The notes: a model not told the origin generated them from the sequence alone. A stretch of DNA of 64,000 nucleotides from Octopus vulgaris (GCA_951406725.2 OX597814.1:150598001-150662000), one strand, 5' to 3'. Numbered from the stretch's first letter, positions 26,447-41,774 are shown. Made by a program: numbers and translations.

Positions 26447-27964
26447 CAGATTGATAGACATAGACATTATGGACTCTTCCGCCGTTAGACGACTTATGAG
26501 GTTTCTGCAATTTCTTACTGAACAAACACACAAACGATTTGTTTATAGTGATCAAACGTTTGTCTTTATATAAACCCACTCCGTCCATCAAATCGACATT
26601 ACCCACGACGACGGTGCTAACATTGGTGGTGGTAATGATGATGTTATTCTACGAAGGCGTGCGCTCTGGGGAGTTAAGATGTTGAGCTCAAGAACGTGAA
26701 CTCTGTAATTCAGCTCCTGGACCAGGCAGTGCGTTATGGCATTGATCGGATCACTTCACTCTACGTTCCTTCAGTATACTCAAATGAAATGAGTACCAGT
26801 CGATTGCTCATCCATTCTCTTCTTCCTGAAGTTGACACATTCTTGACATTCTGTTGGATCAAGCGACAGGGGAGAGGACCCGACGAGGGTGTCCATATCT
26901 GCTCGGGACATCATTGGGCACGTAAAACAATTAACGGAATCATTTTGGCTTGCGAATGATGAATGTTTTGTTTTATGTGGTGTTTATTAGTGTTGCTATA
27001 ATCGTAGCACAGATTATGTCACCCTTCTTCTCAGAAGCAGACTCTAATCCAGCTTAAAACTTCTAATTTTCACAGCCTATCTCTTTCTTTTTCTTTTCTC
27101 TTTATTTCTCTATCTTTCTTTTTCTTTTCTCTTTATTTCTCTATCTTTCTTTTTCTCTCCTTTCCTTTCTCTCTTCCGCTTATTCTCTCTGCTTTACATA
27201 TGCCATAAATCTATCGTGGTTACCTCTCTGCTCCCACCACGTCTGGTATCTAATTTCATTGAAGTGGAAGAAAGAATAAGATTAGAAGTAATAAATAGTC
27301 TTGGCCAAAGGATTCCAATGCAACATTTTACTAGTTCAAAAAGAGAAAGTGAGAAAGAGAGACACTGAGAGTGATGAAGAGAGAGAGTGAGACAGAGAAA
27401 GAGAAAGAGAAAGAGAAAGAAAGAAGTAAAGAAAGAAAAAGAGTGAGATTCGGTTCTTAACATCGAACTTGACTTAAACGAGCGACGAGTGATTAAAAGT
27501 TATTCTAGTGATGAAGATTCAGCTGTCTTAACGAAAATCTCAAAATATCAAAAGGGATTTGTGTGTGTGTGTGTGCATCTGTTTGTGCGAGTGTGAGAGA
27601 GTGTGTAAGTGTGTGTGTGTGCATGTGTATGTATTTGTGTTTGTGTGTGTGTGTGGCGTGTGAATGTGAGTCTGCGTTGTGTGTGTTTGAGATTGCTAAG
27701 CGTATGTCTGTGTGTTTGTATGTCCATGTGTTTTGTCTGAGTGCTTACGCAGTTGTCTGTAGATGTACGTATGTGTGGAGAGAGGTAGATGTCTGTGTGT
27801 GTTTGTGTTTCTGTATCTGCTTGTGTGTGTGTGTGTGTGTTTCGTGTGGAGACTGGCAGGTATTTGTGTGTGTATATGTATGTATGTTCGTGGGTATGTA
27901 AAGGAGTCGGTAGGAGCATTTGTATGTGTTTGTATAAGTGCATTGCATGTGTTCGTGTGTTAGT

Positions 27965-28056
<92 letters not shown>

Positions 28057-28734
28057 AGTGTGATTGTGTGAATATTATATTTGCGTGCTCATATTTATGT
28101 CTCTATGTTTATGTGCATCTGTGAGTCTATAGTATGTGTCTGCGTGTACATTTTTACAGCACATCTGTTTATAGAGTGTTTCTGCCTTACTTCAGAATGG
28201 GTGCCATTTTGTAATTTTAATACGATGGTGTGTATTGATGTATGCGTGTATACGAGTGTGTTTCAGAGTTAGATAAATAATTTTATATTTTTTCCACTTA
28301 TTTTTCGATTAGTTTTCCTTAATCGATAACATATCCTTCTTTCCGATAACGTAAGTTTTAGTCATGCATGCACAAACATACGGACACCAGCGCATGCACA
28401 CATACGTATGTCGCACGAACACTCTCCTACACACACACACACAAACAAACAAAGTAACATTTTCTTCGATTCATATTCATGTCAATCGAACATTTAAACA
28501 ATAATACATTTTTCTATTGACACAAAGAAGATGGTTGAGATGAAGGAAAGGAAGACGCTGTTAGGACAAAAAAATGGAAATTCATAAATAAATAAAGATG
28601 TTAAAATGTTCTAATATCTCCTATAAGAACAACTGAAAATGTTGATGATGATGATGATGATGACGACAACGACAACGACGACGATGATGATGAATGATGA
28701 TGATGATGACGATTGTAATGATGATGATAATAAT

Positions 28735-29532
28735 AATCCTTTCTACTAAAGGCACAAGGCCTGAAATTTGTGGGAAGGAGACTAGTCGATTAGATCGACC
28801 CCAATGTTTCATTGGTACTTAATTTATCAACTTCGAAAGGATGAAAGGAAAGTCGACCTCGGCGGAATTTCAGCTCAGAACTCAAAGAGAGACGAAATAC
28901 CTATTTCTTTACTACCCACAAGGGGCTAAACACAGAGAGCACAAACAAGGACAGACAAACGGATTGAGTCGATTATATCAACCCCAGTGCGTAACTGGTA
29001 CTTATTTAATCGACCCCGAAAGGATGAAAGGCAAAGTCGACCGCGGCGGAATTTGAACTCAGAACGTAACGGCAGGCGAAATACTACTAAACATTCCGTC
29101 CGGCGTCTTAACGATTCTGCCAGCTACCAGCCTGAATAATAATAATAATAATATTCCTTTCTCCTATATGAAGAACGGCCTGACATTTTGGGGAAGGAGG
29201 TCAATCTATTACATCGACCCAATTGTTTCACTGGTATTTAATTTATTGACCCCCCAAACGATGAAAGGCAAAGTCGGTCGCAGTGGAATTTCAACTTAGA
29301 ACATAGCAACTGGTAAAATAATGCTAAGCATTTCGCAAGGCGTGCTAACAGTTCTTCCCGCTCGCCGCCTTTATGATAACAATAATAATAATATTTTCTA
29401 CTGAAGGTACAAAGCCTCAGATTTGTGAGGAAGGGACAAGTCGATTACATCGACCGCAGTGTTTTGCTGCTACTTAATTTAGTGAACTCCAAAGGATGAA
29501 AAGCAAAGTCGACTTCGGTGGAATCTGTACTC

Positions 29533-29580
<48 letters not shown>

Positions 29581-29852
29581 TTCTACTCTAGGCACAAGGC
29601 CCGAAATTTTTGGGGAGGGGTCAGTCGATTAGATCGAGCCTAGTACTCAACTGATACTTAATTTATCGACTACGAAAGGATGAAAGCAAAGTCAACCTCG
29701 GCGGAATTTGAATTCAGAACGTGAAGACGGGCGAAATATGGCTAAGCATTTCACATGGCGTGGTAAAGATTCTGCCAGCTCAACGCCTTCAGTAATAATA
29801 ATAATATTTTGTGCTATAGGCACAAAGCCTGAAATTTGACAACTCACCGCCT
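28735..29852 (-). mobile_element. Head-to-tail array of about five or six SINE B copies spaced by (AAT)n
   Basis: Repeated ggcacaaggcctgaaattt...atgaaaggcaaagtcgacctcggcggaattt...ctgccagctc. Confidence 0.85.
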
Positions 29853-31639
29853 CAATAATAACAATAACAACAACAACAATAATAATAATAATAATAACAA
29901 TAATAATAATAATAATAATATTAATAATAATAATAATAATAATAATAACAATAATAATAATAACAATAATAATAACAATAATAACAATAATAATAATAAC
30001 AATAATAATAATAATAATAATTATAATGATAATAATAATAATAATACAATAATAATAATAATAACAATAATAATAATAATAATAATAATAATGACAATAA
30101 TAATAACAATAATGATAACAATAATGGTTTTGAATATAACGATGGGCCACAAATTTAAGGGTATATTTATAGTCCAATGGATCTCAAGAGTTTTTGCATA
30201 GAAGGCTGCATTTGATCTTTTGACTATCATTAAGACCTCCACTGAATCTGCATTACAGTTATATCATGCAACATATGCATAATTCTTTAGGCAATTTCAT
30301 TTTAAGAAAAAACTTTAATTTTTAGCCAACTCCTTCAAAGATGCGTTACAACTGTGCAGCAAGATTTACAACTCTACTCACACTCTCAAAATTTAATCCT
30401 TCCGGGCACAGCCCACTTTCTGCACAAAAGACTTCCAATTAAATGTACACTTTGTGCTTAATTCACACAACACATATTCTATACGATAATCAAATAATGC
30501 ATTAATATAATAACATATATATGCCGATAGCTACAGCTAATCAACTGACCACGGTGGTGCATCATTCAAGCGGTACTTAACTAGTATTAACAGGTGGGAC
30601 TACAACTAAGATAGTTGATGAGACTTCATCCATCAATGGGCGACTGGATAGTTATGGCACATATTGCACAATACATATTTAATGATAGCACAACTCTACC
30701 AATATTCCGCAGACGCTTGGAGTATAGAGATAAAGAGGTTAGATATATGCAAAATGTATTTTTAGCCACTTTTGTGTTTAATTTTATATTCATAATTTTA
30801 CTATTCTGGTCCGACATATTTCTTAAATTTGAAAATTCCTGGCACCCGTTATTTTTGGTATAGAGGCTTCAGACGAGGAGTGCATTATAAAAGCAGGTTT
30901 CAATTGGGGAGTGTGTGTGCTTTATATAAAATCGGGTGAGGAAAAAAAAATAATATCGTCAAAGATTATCTGTAAAATAATGGTCTCCTGATCGATTTAT
31001 AACACTAACAGAAAGAAAAAAATGGTGAAACTGTAATAACTGAAAACAAAAGTAATGACTATAATAATAGGTATACTAGAAATAGTTAAACAGCTACAGC
31101 GATAGAGACAAATACATAACCGAAGTTCTAAGACTGACACATACACATTATTCAGATAATATTATTACAAGCACATCAGACAAAAAATCGAATGAGAGAC
31201 AAATGAAGGCAAGAGTGTTGTTATTTCGAATGAGCCAGCAATGAGAAAATCGGAAGCTTGAATGACCAGATCTCCGATCTCAGAAGGTGATCGGGTTGAA
31301 AGATCAGACGCATAAGTTTGGAAATTTCATGGGTAAAATAAAAGTAGAAGCAAACAAAAAACGATATTAAAAGACATGTTTACAGGTTTAAAATGAAAAT
31401 AACCGAGAAACATATCATAATATACTGCCTTAAAAAAAATAATAAGTGCATTGCAGAGATCAGAAACAAGAGAAGATATAGAATATTTATCGACTATTTC
31501 TATTTTTTATATTTTCCTATTATTAGCTATTTTATTCTTTTCATTCGATTCAAGCATAAAGACATGGAACGAATTTTGAAACATCGAAACTAGTGTCCGG
31601 CATTATTCTTTTTTATTCATGTCTTCAAATTTTAGTACA

Positions 31640-31832
31640 AGCCATCAAGTTCTGCAGATGGAATAAGTCGATTGCATCGACCCAAGTACTCAGCTGGTTT
31701 TTACTTTATCGACCTAGAAAGTAGGAAAGGCAAAGTCGACCTCGGCGGAATTTAAATCCAGACGTATAGGCGGACGAAATACCACTAAGTGTTTTGCCCA
31801 ACGTGTTACCGATTCTATCAGCTCACAACCTT
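31640..31832 (-). mobile_element. Diverged SINE B
   Basis: aaaggcaaagtcgacctcggcggaattt core. Confidence 0.7.
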
Positions 31833-32899
31833 TACACCGCGTAACAACAATATTCAAACTTCGACATTTTAGCATTTGGCATTCGGTTTTCTGATATTTT
31901 TGTCTTTAAAGCTTTCGATATTCTGAAATTTCGGTCTTTTGTAATTCGCCCTCAACGCGATGAGTTTTCACGCATTTGGCCGTCTATCGTTTGTTCTGCT
32001 CGGTACAGGACCTAAAGTACTATTAATACAATAGACAGGTGTAAAACTAACAACAAAATACTCCACGCAAAGCTCACACGGCTGTGACTGACTTCAATGT
32101 GGACGCATACAATGGATATAAGGATATTGAATAATAAGAGCTATCATCAGCAACTTCATTATCATTAAACACTTCACCGCCGTTCACTTTAACAGCAATA
32201 TATTTCAGATGCCTGATAGAACTGAAGACATATTTTTGCACTTAGACTGTTTCACTACAAGACATTTGGAACCTCTACTAGACAAGACAAAATAATCATG
32301 GTATCAATAACTTCTTTTGTATATATTTGTATTCATACACACACACAAACTCACACACTCACACCCACACACATATACACTCACAGACATATACACAGAG
32401 AAGCAAAGATTTACGTATATACGCGTGTATTTGTCTTTCTCCTTCTGTCTTTATTTTCCCCTCCCCTCTCTCGTTCTCTCTCCCTCCCTCTCTCGTTCTC
32501 TCTCCCTCCCTCTCTCGTTCTCTCTCCCTCCCTCTCTCTCTTTCTCCCTCTTTCTCTCTTTTTCTCTCTCTCTCTATGTATGTGTGTACGTAAGACAATA
32601 TAATCACCTTTAACGTAGTCCATTAGACTGAGTTATATATGCCCCTGTCTTATTCTTGGCTTTAGAAATGCAGTGAACCAGCACTGATCCTTTGGAATCT
32701 CATAACCAACGGCGCTCTTGTTAAGAAAATTACATACATACATGTATATAAATATATATATATGTATAAATATATGCATATGTATATGCATATATATATA
32801 TATACATATATATATACATATATATATATACATATATATATACATACATATATAAATATACATATATATATATACATATATATATACATATATATATAT

Positions 32900-32995
<96 letters not shown>

Positions 32996-33194
32996 GTGTA
33001 TATATATATATATATGTGTATATATATATATATATATATGTATATGTGTATATATATATATATATGTATATGTGTATATATATATATATACGTATATGTA
33101 TATATAAATGTATATATATATGTATATGTATATATATATATATGTATACATATATAAGTATATATATTTATATATTTATATATATATGTATATA

Positions 33195-33226
<32 letters not shown>

Positions 33227-34127
33227 AATATATATATATATATTGATTTCTTGATAGATGGAAGTGCCGTATTCGTTGAAAGAAATGCGATGCATAGTCA
33301 ACTGAGACAATCGAGTAAATAGTAGATAATTATTTTATCGACAAATTCGATAAAAGACAAATTCAATCCATGTAGGATTAAATCTCAGAAGATAAAAGGA
33401 CGTAACAAAATACTGTATTATATTTTTATAACATAAATATTCACGTGGTAAATGTGACATTATACCGTATTTATTTCTATTATTTAATAAGCAGAACACA
33501 TTCTGAGGTGTTTTTCCTTCACCCATCTTGTTGACATTCACAGTCCACATAACGTCTCTCTTTTTTCGAATATACTTCCTCATTCTTCTTCTATCTCTCT
33601 TCTTGCCTATATCTATCTTTATCGCCTCCCATCTTCCTCTCTACTTCACTGCAATAAGCTGGTTATCACAGGAGGCAATCAATATACGGCAACCGAGGTA
33701 TTAGATGTTGATGCAGCGTGGCAGTGGTTCAGGGAATTTGAGCTATGAGTGAAATAGTGCTGCCAGGATTTCTGTTAGCTGGGTCTCAGTTGGTGTGGGG
33801 GACGGGAGTTATCAACCTCGGCTAGAACACCACGGCGCAGGGTTATCATTGCTGAACGACTAGAAACACTCAGAGACCACGGGTAACATCGCTGATGATG
33901 TGTCTAGGTGCACACAAGCTAATGCTTCTGAATATGCAACCGTTTCTCTCTGTGTATGCGTGTGTGTTTGTGAGCGCAAGTGCGCACGCGTGTAAGAGTG
34001 AATAATTTGGTTGAGCAGAGAATATAAATAACACTCAATATATAAATAAATCGTTATCACATCACAAACTACTTTCTGTCATTTAGGTACTCTATATATA
34101 TGATGCGTGTTTTGTATATATAAGTGT

Positions 34128-34201
34128 AGGAGTGGCTGTGTGGTAAAAAGCTTGCTTACCAACCATATGGATTCGGGTTTAGTCCCCCTACGGAGCAGAT
34201 T

Positions 34202-34257
<56 letters not shown>

Positions 34258-34370
34258 CGGGAAGCTTTATGAAAATAGACAAAAGACGAAGGCAGGTGGA
34301 AAACAAACGAACAATTGTATTAGTATGGCGCTCAGGAAATATAAATAAAACAAGTCTTTAACGTTTCGAG

Positions 34371-34460
<90 letters not shown>

Positions 34461-34647
34461 TCCCTCCACTGTCACTTGACAACCGATGTTAGTGTGTTTA
34501 TGTGCCCGTAACTTGGCGGTTCGGCAAAAGAGACCGATAGAATAAGTACTAGGCTTACAAAGAATAAGTCCTGACGTCGATTTGTTCGATTGAAGGCGGT
34601 GCTCCAGCCAGCTTGGCTGCAGTCAAATAACTAATACAAATAAAAGT
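34128..34647 (+). mobile_element. SINE family A interrupted by an HHR element
   Basis: Head at 34128-34195, body at 34455-34647. Confidence 0.8.
34258..34374 (-). mobile_element. 5'-truncated H2-related element inserted in the internal (TA)n of a SINE
   Basis: Sense strand starts at AGGCUC-GAAACGUU-AAAGAC (3' half of the HHR). TA runs on both sides; the SINE head and body flank it. Confidence 0.6.
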
Positions 34648-34877
34648 ATATTTATATAAATTTATATAAGAATATATATCCTTTGAATTTGTTTACGCGA
34701 AACGTTTTGAATATGCAAATAAAGCTCCTATTGCATTATGCTGGTTACAGCCTAATGATGCTGACTGGTGAACCAGTTTTGGAGGTTGCAGCGAGCTGTA
34801 CCGATATAATGCAGGATAAATATAGTAATAATAACGATAATCCTTGGATGGAATATATAAACACTTACTGCATCACA

Positions 34878-35095
34878 ACGCGCGTTTTCACAAGTCACGT
34901 GGATCTTAAGATGACAGTCCGTATACCTGGGATGATAACCGTGTAGTCCTTAGTACCCGTAGGCATCCGATTGATCACCTTTATGGATTCATTTCTTCAG
35001 GCGATATATCTTTAATGGATGTTTACCAGAGGGATGTAATCATCTCAGGAATACGAACTGTGATCTTAAGAGACGTGATTTGTGGAAACGCTCGT
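34878..35095. mobile_element. MITE with ~60-bp imperfect TIRs
   Basis: acgcgcgttttcacaagtcacgtggatcttaagatgacagtccgtat... pairs with ...atacgaactgtgatcttaagagacgtgatttgtggaaacgctcgt. Confidence 0.7.
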
Positions 35096-38000
35096 AATTA
35101 TACATACATACTTACACACGTATATATACGCATACATACATACATACATATATATATACATACATACATACATTTAGATATGTGAGTGTGCTTTTATGCC
35201 TGTATGTTAAACACTCTTAGTTTTGCCAACTGAGTATTAGAACATGCTTCGCCGAGGGGATCTAATAAAATTGAAACATGTCCACTGATATTACTAGCTT
35301 TATCTCTCTAGCTTTGTCTTTAGCGTTTAAACATCCGTACAGATAGGTTTTTTTGACTAATTTCATGGATAATATCAGATCGTCGAAGTTTTCCAACTTA
35401 TTTTATCATAGATATCCGGGCTTTCTTTATATTGATTCCAGATTTAGCAACAGAATGAAACTTTCGACGTGAGGGGTATTACCGACAATAGTAATCCAAG
35501 TAGACTTGGATTAATATTATCCACTTTGAAAGGGTAAAAAATATTTTTGACCCACGCAGGTTTACGCAAGTAAAGTAGTTCAACTCTTGCTTTTTTTTGT
35601 TATCCCTTTATAAAAGCTTCTCTATTTTAGAAAGTGAGAGAGGGGAGAGAGAGAGAAAACGTATATGTGTTGGTGCTTGCGTGTATGGGTACATGTGTGT
35701 TGTGTTGGCAATAATATAAAGTATTACACATAGATATTATTGATATAAAAGCAATTTACTCTCACTGTTGTTGTGTAGCATCTATCATCGGAAGCCAACA
35801 GTTAGGCAAGGACTTAGTGTACCATATACAATGCTAGCCTTCTACAACTTGACACAGATCGGCAGTTGGGTAAATTTCCCCCAGTACTTGACATGCACTA
35901 TAACTTGTCGACTCCGTAGAGATGTAAGTCTAAATTAATCTCAGAGACGTTTCAACTTAGAACACTAAAGACCTGCAACAAATAGCATTTCTTCGATGTT
36001 CAGATAGCATTTGTTCTGAAAATTAGCATCTGTTCGAGGAATTTTATTCCACATTCTAACAAATCTGTCAGTTCATCTGCTTGTAAACTGGTGTAAATGT
36101 ATAGTAACAATTATTTCTTAGTTACCAGACCTCACTATTTGACCTTTTAATACACCTACCTGTTGTGTGGTAGAGTGTGTTTGAATCGCTTCTTGTGTTT
36201 AAAGCATGAGGAGTCAGTGGAACAGTGTTATACTTGTTCGGCCAATGTAACACTTAGAACCATGAAGTTAACAGCCTTCATATCTGCTATAACGCTTGCA
36301 TTATATACTTCAAAGTCATAAAAATTTTCCGTGATGTCGAACGCATAGAATTATCAACACAATTTTCTTCAAACGACACGCTTACCGTCTTATAGAAAGA
36401 TGAGATATAATAAGATAATGTAGTCCTTTGGACGCAATGCATTTTATTATAAATCTACTTAATTAAAATTGACGTAGGATCCAACACTATCACTACCATC
36501 AATGGTAGGGAGTCTGTATGCGGTCATAATAGCAAATCTCATTCGAACTAGACATCGCCATCTTAAAAATTTTATTGAATAATGTAGAGTTGAACAAGGA
36601 AATTGTGGACACAGCCAGAACATTTATCACATGTATGTCACTTCTATAGGAACTACCGGAAGCTAAGTAATATATCTCTGTTTTTGTTCTCCTCACTTGG
36701 TCATATAATCTCAGTTAAATGAAGTTTTTCAACTCACTTTAACACTTAAGTGAAATTCTGCTGTAGATGTATTCAATATGCACAACGCTTTTCCGAGAAA
36801 TTTTCCTACAATCATATTGTTGTTTTTGATATTCAGCGTCAGTACATTCCTTTTATTTCTCTATTTTTAAGTCTTGACAATTGAGTAGAATATGATTCCT
36901 TTGGGAAGGTCTTGCTTTCACCGGTTGGTTTAGAAAGTAGATCCTCTTCCATGCAGCATTTTAAATCCCCCAAAATTTGATCAATGGGTTTTATTAGAGT
37001 TTACTTCCTAACTTGTTTTTTCCATTTTAAACTCTATTAGAGGGAGTTTTGTCGGATAAATACATGGATAATATGAATTAATCAATGTTTTTCAACTTAC
37101 TTCATAATAGGTAGTGCCCTGTTGTATCTATATACAGCTACGTGACTTAACTGTATTTTTCCTGACCGAAAATTTTAATTATCAGTTCAGTTACATCCGA
37201 ATTCTTGTATGGTATTTGCAAAACACTATTACTTATTGATAATGGTGCTATCAACATTCATTGTGCGGTTGTAATAAATTTAGTTTTGTTCCTATAGAAA
37301 AGCCTATAGTACTTTTATCTGGTTATAAAGTATTTCCTGGTTAACGCTAAGAATTTCTTAACTCTTTAAGTTTCATCATTATTACTTAAAGGCTATCATA
37401 CGCTGTCTAGATCTGTTATTGCTTTTGAGTTTCTTTGTTTGCTCATACCTATGTAAAAAGTTCAATTTCCTTCAAGCTAGCTTTCGTCTAGTGCAATATA
37501 GTTATTATTGCTTGGTTGTTTGTAAGATGTTAACTATGCTATTGTCACTAATTACATTTTTCAAATTGTATCGCAGTCAAATTAGAAATCTTGATAATGT
37601 ATATTAGCTTTGCTTCAGTGATCCACATCATTAGTATTTGATTTTTCTAACTGTAATAAGTTGTCTAGGAAAATTAATGTTGAGAGGTTGGTGATAACTG
37701 TAAATTTTAGCTCGAATTCCTTTAAAAGTGATTTTTAAGTCTTTCTTATATTTATATTTTCTGTGCACATTTACATTGTGAGAGACGTATTAGACACGTG
37801 GATTATGCATAATACTATATCTAGAATTTATTTAGTTTCTATCAATTCTAAAATAAAAATCCAATAAGTTCACGTGCCTCAGCTCTTTTACAGAAAAAGA
37901 ACATACTCAAAATTGAATATGTACTTATCACTCAAAACCCATGCTCTGCTGTCGTTACATCGCAAGGAATCTCGAACATACAGTATTACTTGTCATTCTT

Positions 38001-38588
38001 GCTACTGGTAGTACTGTATTTTGACCGGAATTCCTTTGCTTTTGGTGAGCAAATATTTGGAGGCAGATTTTTATAGTTTTATAACATTCGTTAAAATGAA
38101 CTCAAATGTTTTCTGATACTATTGCTGTTGATGTTTAGCCCAGGTCAATAAAGTTTGAGCAGGCCAATGTATTTATCAAAGGCATCACAGCTGTCGACAC
38201 ATATTTTCATGGAGAAATTGGACTACGCGATCTAAAATGTCATTTGTTTAGCGATGACTAGAATTGATATGAAAGAGATTTCGTTGCTATTTCTAGCAGC
38301 TCATCCTCCCCAGCGTTTTTCAATATATATACAGATTTACTAGTAATTATTCCATTGTTATTTAGTAATGCATGTCTTACAAATAGCAAAACACTTAAGC
38401 CTTTTATCTAATTATAGATTGCCTGATGCGTATATTTTGTCACAGTTGCAGAGTAATTTGAGATGACAAGTTTATTTATAGGTTTGAGCGATTAAAGGTT
38501 TGAGACTTTGAGTTATGCCATTATTTACCTCAAGTATATTTATGTTTGACAGTGAATATGTATGTTAATGTTATGTAAATGTGTGTGT

Positions 38589-38625
<37 letters not shown>

Positions 38626-38707
38626 GAGAAAGGGTATTGAAGGATAGAGATAGAGATAGATAGATATGTATTTATATTTTTATGTATGGGTGTATGTATA
38701 AAAGCAC

Positions 38708-39042
38708 AGGCGTGGCTGTGTGGTAAGAAGCTTGCTTCCTAACCACATAGTATTCAGTCCCACTAAGTGGCACCTTGGGCTAGTGTCTTCTACCATAGTC
38801 TCAGGCTGAATAAAGCCTTGTGATTAGTGTGTGTGTGTGTGTGTGTGTGTACCTTTCTTTGTGTCTGTGCTTATAGTTTGACAACTGATAATGGTGTGTT
38901 TACATACCCGTAAATTAGCGGTTCGGCAAAAGTGACAAATGCAGTAAGCATTAGGCTTACAAAGAATAAGTTCTGAGGTCGATTTCGTCGACAGAAAAAC
39001 CCTTTGAGGTGGTGTTCCAGCATGGCCGCAAGTAAAAGAATA
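38708..39042 (+). mobile_element. SINE family A
   Basis: Family head and body. Confidence 0.85.
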
Positions 39043-39192
39043 AATGCAAAATGAATAAACATGTATGCATATATAAATACGCGTACATAAATATACATAC
39101 ACATTATATGTATATGAATTTATATACACACTCATATACTTATATACACTCACACACACAAACACACACACGCACACACACACACGCACACA

Positions 39193-39258
<66 letters not shown>

Positions 39259-39455
39259 GTTAATCCAAACATGAAAACACAACAACGCGAGGACGTGGAA
39301 CGAATATAGTATTATTGGACGCTCAGGAAGGAAGGGAAGAAGGAGGGTTTAACGTTTCGAGCGGAGCTCTTCGTTAGAAACATAGGAAAAGGAAAGATCC
39401 AGAGAAGGGAAGACGGAGGGAAAAAATCGCCAACGGTACACACGCGGTCACATTT
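39259..39455 (-). mobile_element. Family H1 HHR-bearing element in (TA)n; HHR at 39347-39381
   Basis: Near-identical to 3080-3275 with the same ends; core reads CUAACGA; TA runs on both sides. Confidence 0.75.
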
Positions 39456-39457
39456 TG

Positions 39458-39495
<38 letters not shown>

Positions 39496-39497
<2 letters not shown>

Positions 39498-39865
39498 TGG
39501 TGATTCAAAAGTCTCCATTCATAGCAAAAATTTATATTTTTATTAGAAACAGTTTATAAGATCCCCTAGATTCCCTGACCTGACCCCTCTTGATTTCTAT
39601 CTTTGGGGGCATTTGAGAGGCATGGTGTATCGCGGAAAGATAAAAGGCATAAATCATTTCAAGAAACGCATCAGCAACTCATTTGCACACGTATCACCAG
39701 ATGTGCTATTACGAGTTCACAATGAGTGGGATAAACGTATTGCAATGTGTATTTAAAACAATGGTAACCATATAGAGCCTGTTAAATAAAAAAAACTGTT
39801 CTTATAAACTGCTTCTTATAAAAAAATAAATTGTTCCTATATATGGCGACTTTTGAATCACCATA
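39496..39865 (+). mobile_element. Tc1/mariner internal-deletion derivative with both TIRs
   Basis: Imperfect TIRs ggtgattcaaaagtc... / ...gacttttgaatcacc extending ~70 bp. Retains PRFPDLTPLDFYLWGHL...NNGNHIE. TA flanks. Confidence 0.85.
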
Positions 39866-39911
39866 TATATGTGTGTATGTGTGTGTGAGTGTTTGTGCGC
39901 ATGTATGTGTG

Positions 39912-39949
<38 letters not shown>

Positions 39950-39950
<1 letters not shown>

Positions 39951-40148
39951 TAGCCGCCATGACCAACCGCTAGCTAGTAAAGCTTTTTTATTCTCTCTCT
40001 GTTTATTTTTATGTTCCTTTCTGTTGAAGAGCGTAGGCTCGAAACATTAAAGACTTTCCTACCTTCCCGAGCGTTAAACTAATACACCTGTTTGTTGTTT
40101 ATACACCCATATGCGTTTTTTGTTTTATTTTTTGTAAATTCCAACTAT
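39950..40148 (+). mobile_element. HHR-bearing element family H2; HHR at 40017-40052
   Basis: CUUU-CUGUUGA-A-GAGC(GUAG)GCUC-GAAACAU-U-AAAG. Homologous to 51060-51262. The 3' end runs into a TA-rich tract. Confidence 0.65.
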
Positions 40149-40316
40149 ATTATATACATATATATATTGTGTCTGGGGCGAGTCATTCTATTTCAATGCT
40201 TCACCGGTTCGATTTCCCCTCTTTCTATTTATTTTTTTCTAAAATTTTTGTTCCTTCTTGCAACTTCTTCAATAGCCGTTGACTCTATCCGTTACCGGAG
40301 ATGCGTGCATGTTTAA

Positions 40317-40349
<33 letters not shown>

Positions 40350-41711
40350 TGTATGTATGTATGTATGTATGTATGTATGTATGTATGTACGTATGCGTGT
40401 ATGCATGCGTACATATGTGTTTCCCTGTGTGTACGTTTGTATGTATGTCTTCTGCATATTCATGTGTTTGTGTGTTCCTATTTGAGTGTTTGAATGTGTG
40501 TGCGTGTGTGGGTGGGTGTGTACCTCTGTCTCCATGTGTGTGCATGTTTGAGTGTGTCTATGTGTATGGATTTGTGTGATTATGTACGTGCGTCTGTTAT
40601 GTAGGGATGGGTGTCTCCATAAGTGTCCTTGTGTATGTGTGTATGGAGTGTGCGTGTGTGTGTATGGTCATGTGATTCAGTAGCCTTTTGTGTAAGTATT
40701 TGTGCTTGTGTGTGTGTGCTTGTCTGGCCGTATTACCTACGTACCTATATATCTACTTACCCATCTGTTTACTTACATATCCATTTAGCTACTAATTTGT
40801 TTCCTTTATTGTAAAAAATATTCTTTGAATATTTATTGTTCGACTCTTAAATCTCTTTAGTTTTACTCTGTCTCTTTCTCCCTCTACTCTAACTCTATCA
40901 CTTTCTCCACTTTTACTCTCTGTTTCCGCCATTGCTTGCCTCTCTTGTACTTTTCTCTTCTATCTCTGTCTCCCTTTATTTCTGTGTTCTCTCTTTCTGT
41001 CCTCCTCTTTCCCTCTTATTCTATCTTTTCTCTATTCTTACCCTCTATTTCAACCTTTGCGTACCTCCCTTGTACTTTTCTCTTCTCTTTCTTTCACTCT
41101 GTTTTTCCACTCCCTCTTCTCCTTCTTTCTCTGTATCGCATTCTTTCTCTCCATATATACTTCTTCTATCCTACCACGTGACAGGTGTCCAGTGAAGGTG
41201 GTGTACTTCTTTTTCGCCCTGTCTTTTATTAGATTGGTCATGCTGGTCTGGGGTCCTGCTACGTCCATTAGGACTCCATTTCACACTGAGCTACCCCACT
41301 AAATTCGTTTGATAGCTGCAAAGCTCTCTCTGTTGTATTTCTGGTATTTGTATAATTATTTTCTTTTCTTCTTCTGTATATTGCCATAAGTGTTCCTGTA
41401 GTTATATATACAAAATTCTTCGTCTGTAGTATTTCTATAACGTTTTGTTTGTCTCTGTCTCAGTATACCTTTGCTAATTTTTCCAAGTAGCTTAATAACA
41501 GCACTGGCGCATCCAGGATTGAGTGGTCTCAATGTTAATGGCGCGAGACCACGATGATATTTTGGTTCATTGACTAACGAGGAAAACTCAGCTGCGAATA
41601 TTCCGTGTATCGTATCTCTGTCTATATTCCCCGTTCGTTAAGTTTTCGTCTAGTTTCCCGTTTGCTCTGCTTCCGTCTAACTTTTTCTCTTTGTTGTGTC
41701 AATGTTCGACC

Positions 41712-41774
<63 letters not shown>

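Noticed and set aside
28735-29852. Regularly spaced repeats resembling a CRISPR-like array
   Set aside because: Units are ~200-bp diverged SINE copies separated by (AAT)n; eukaryotic context, no unique spacers, no cas genes.
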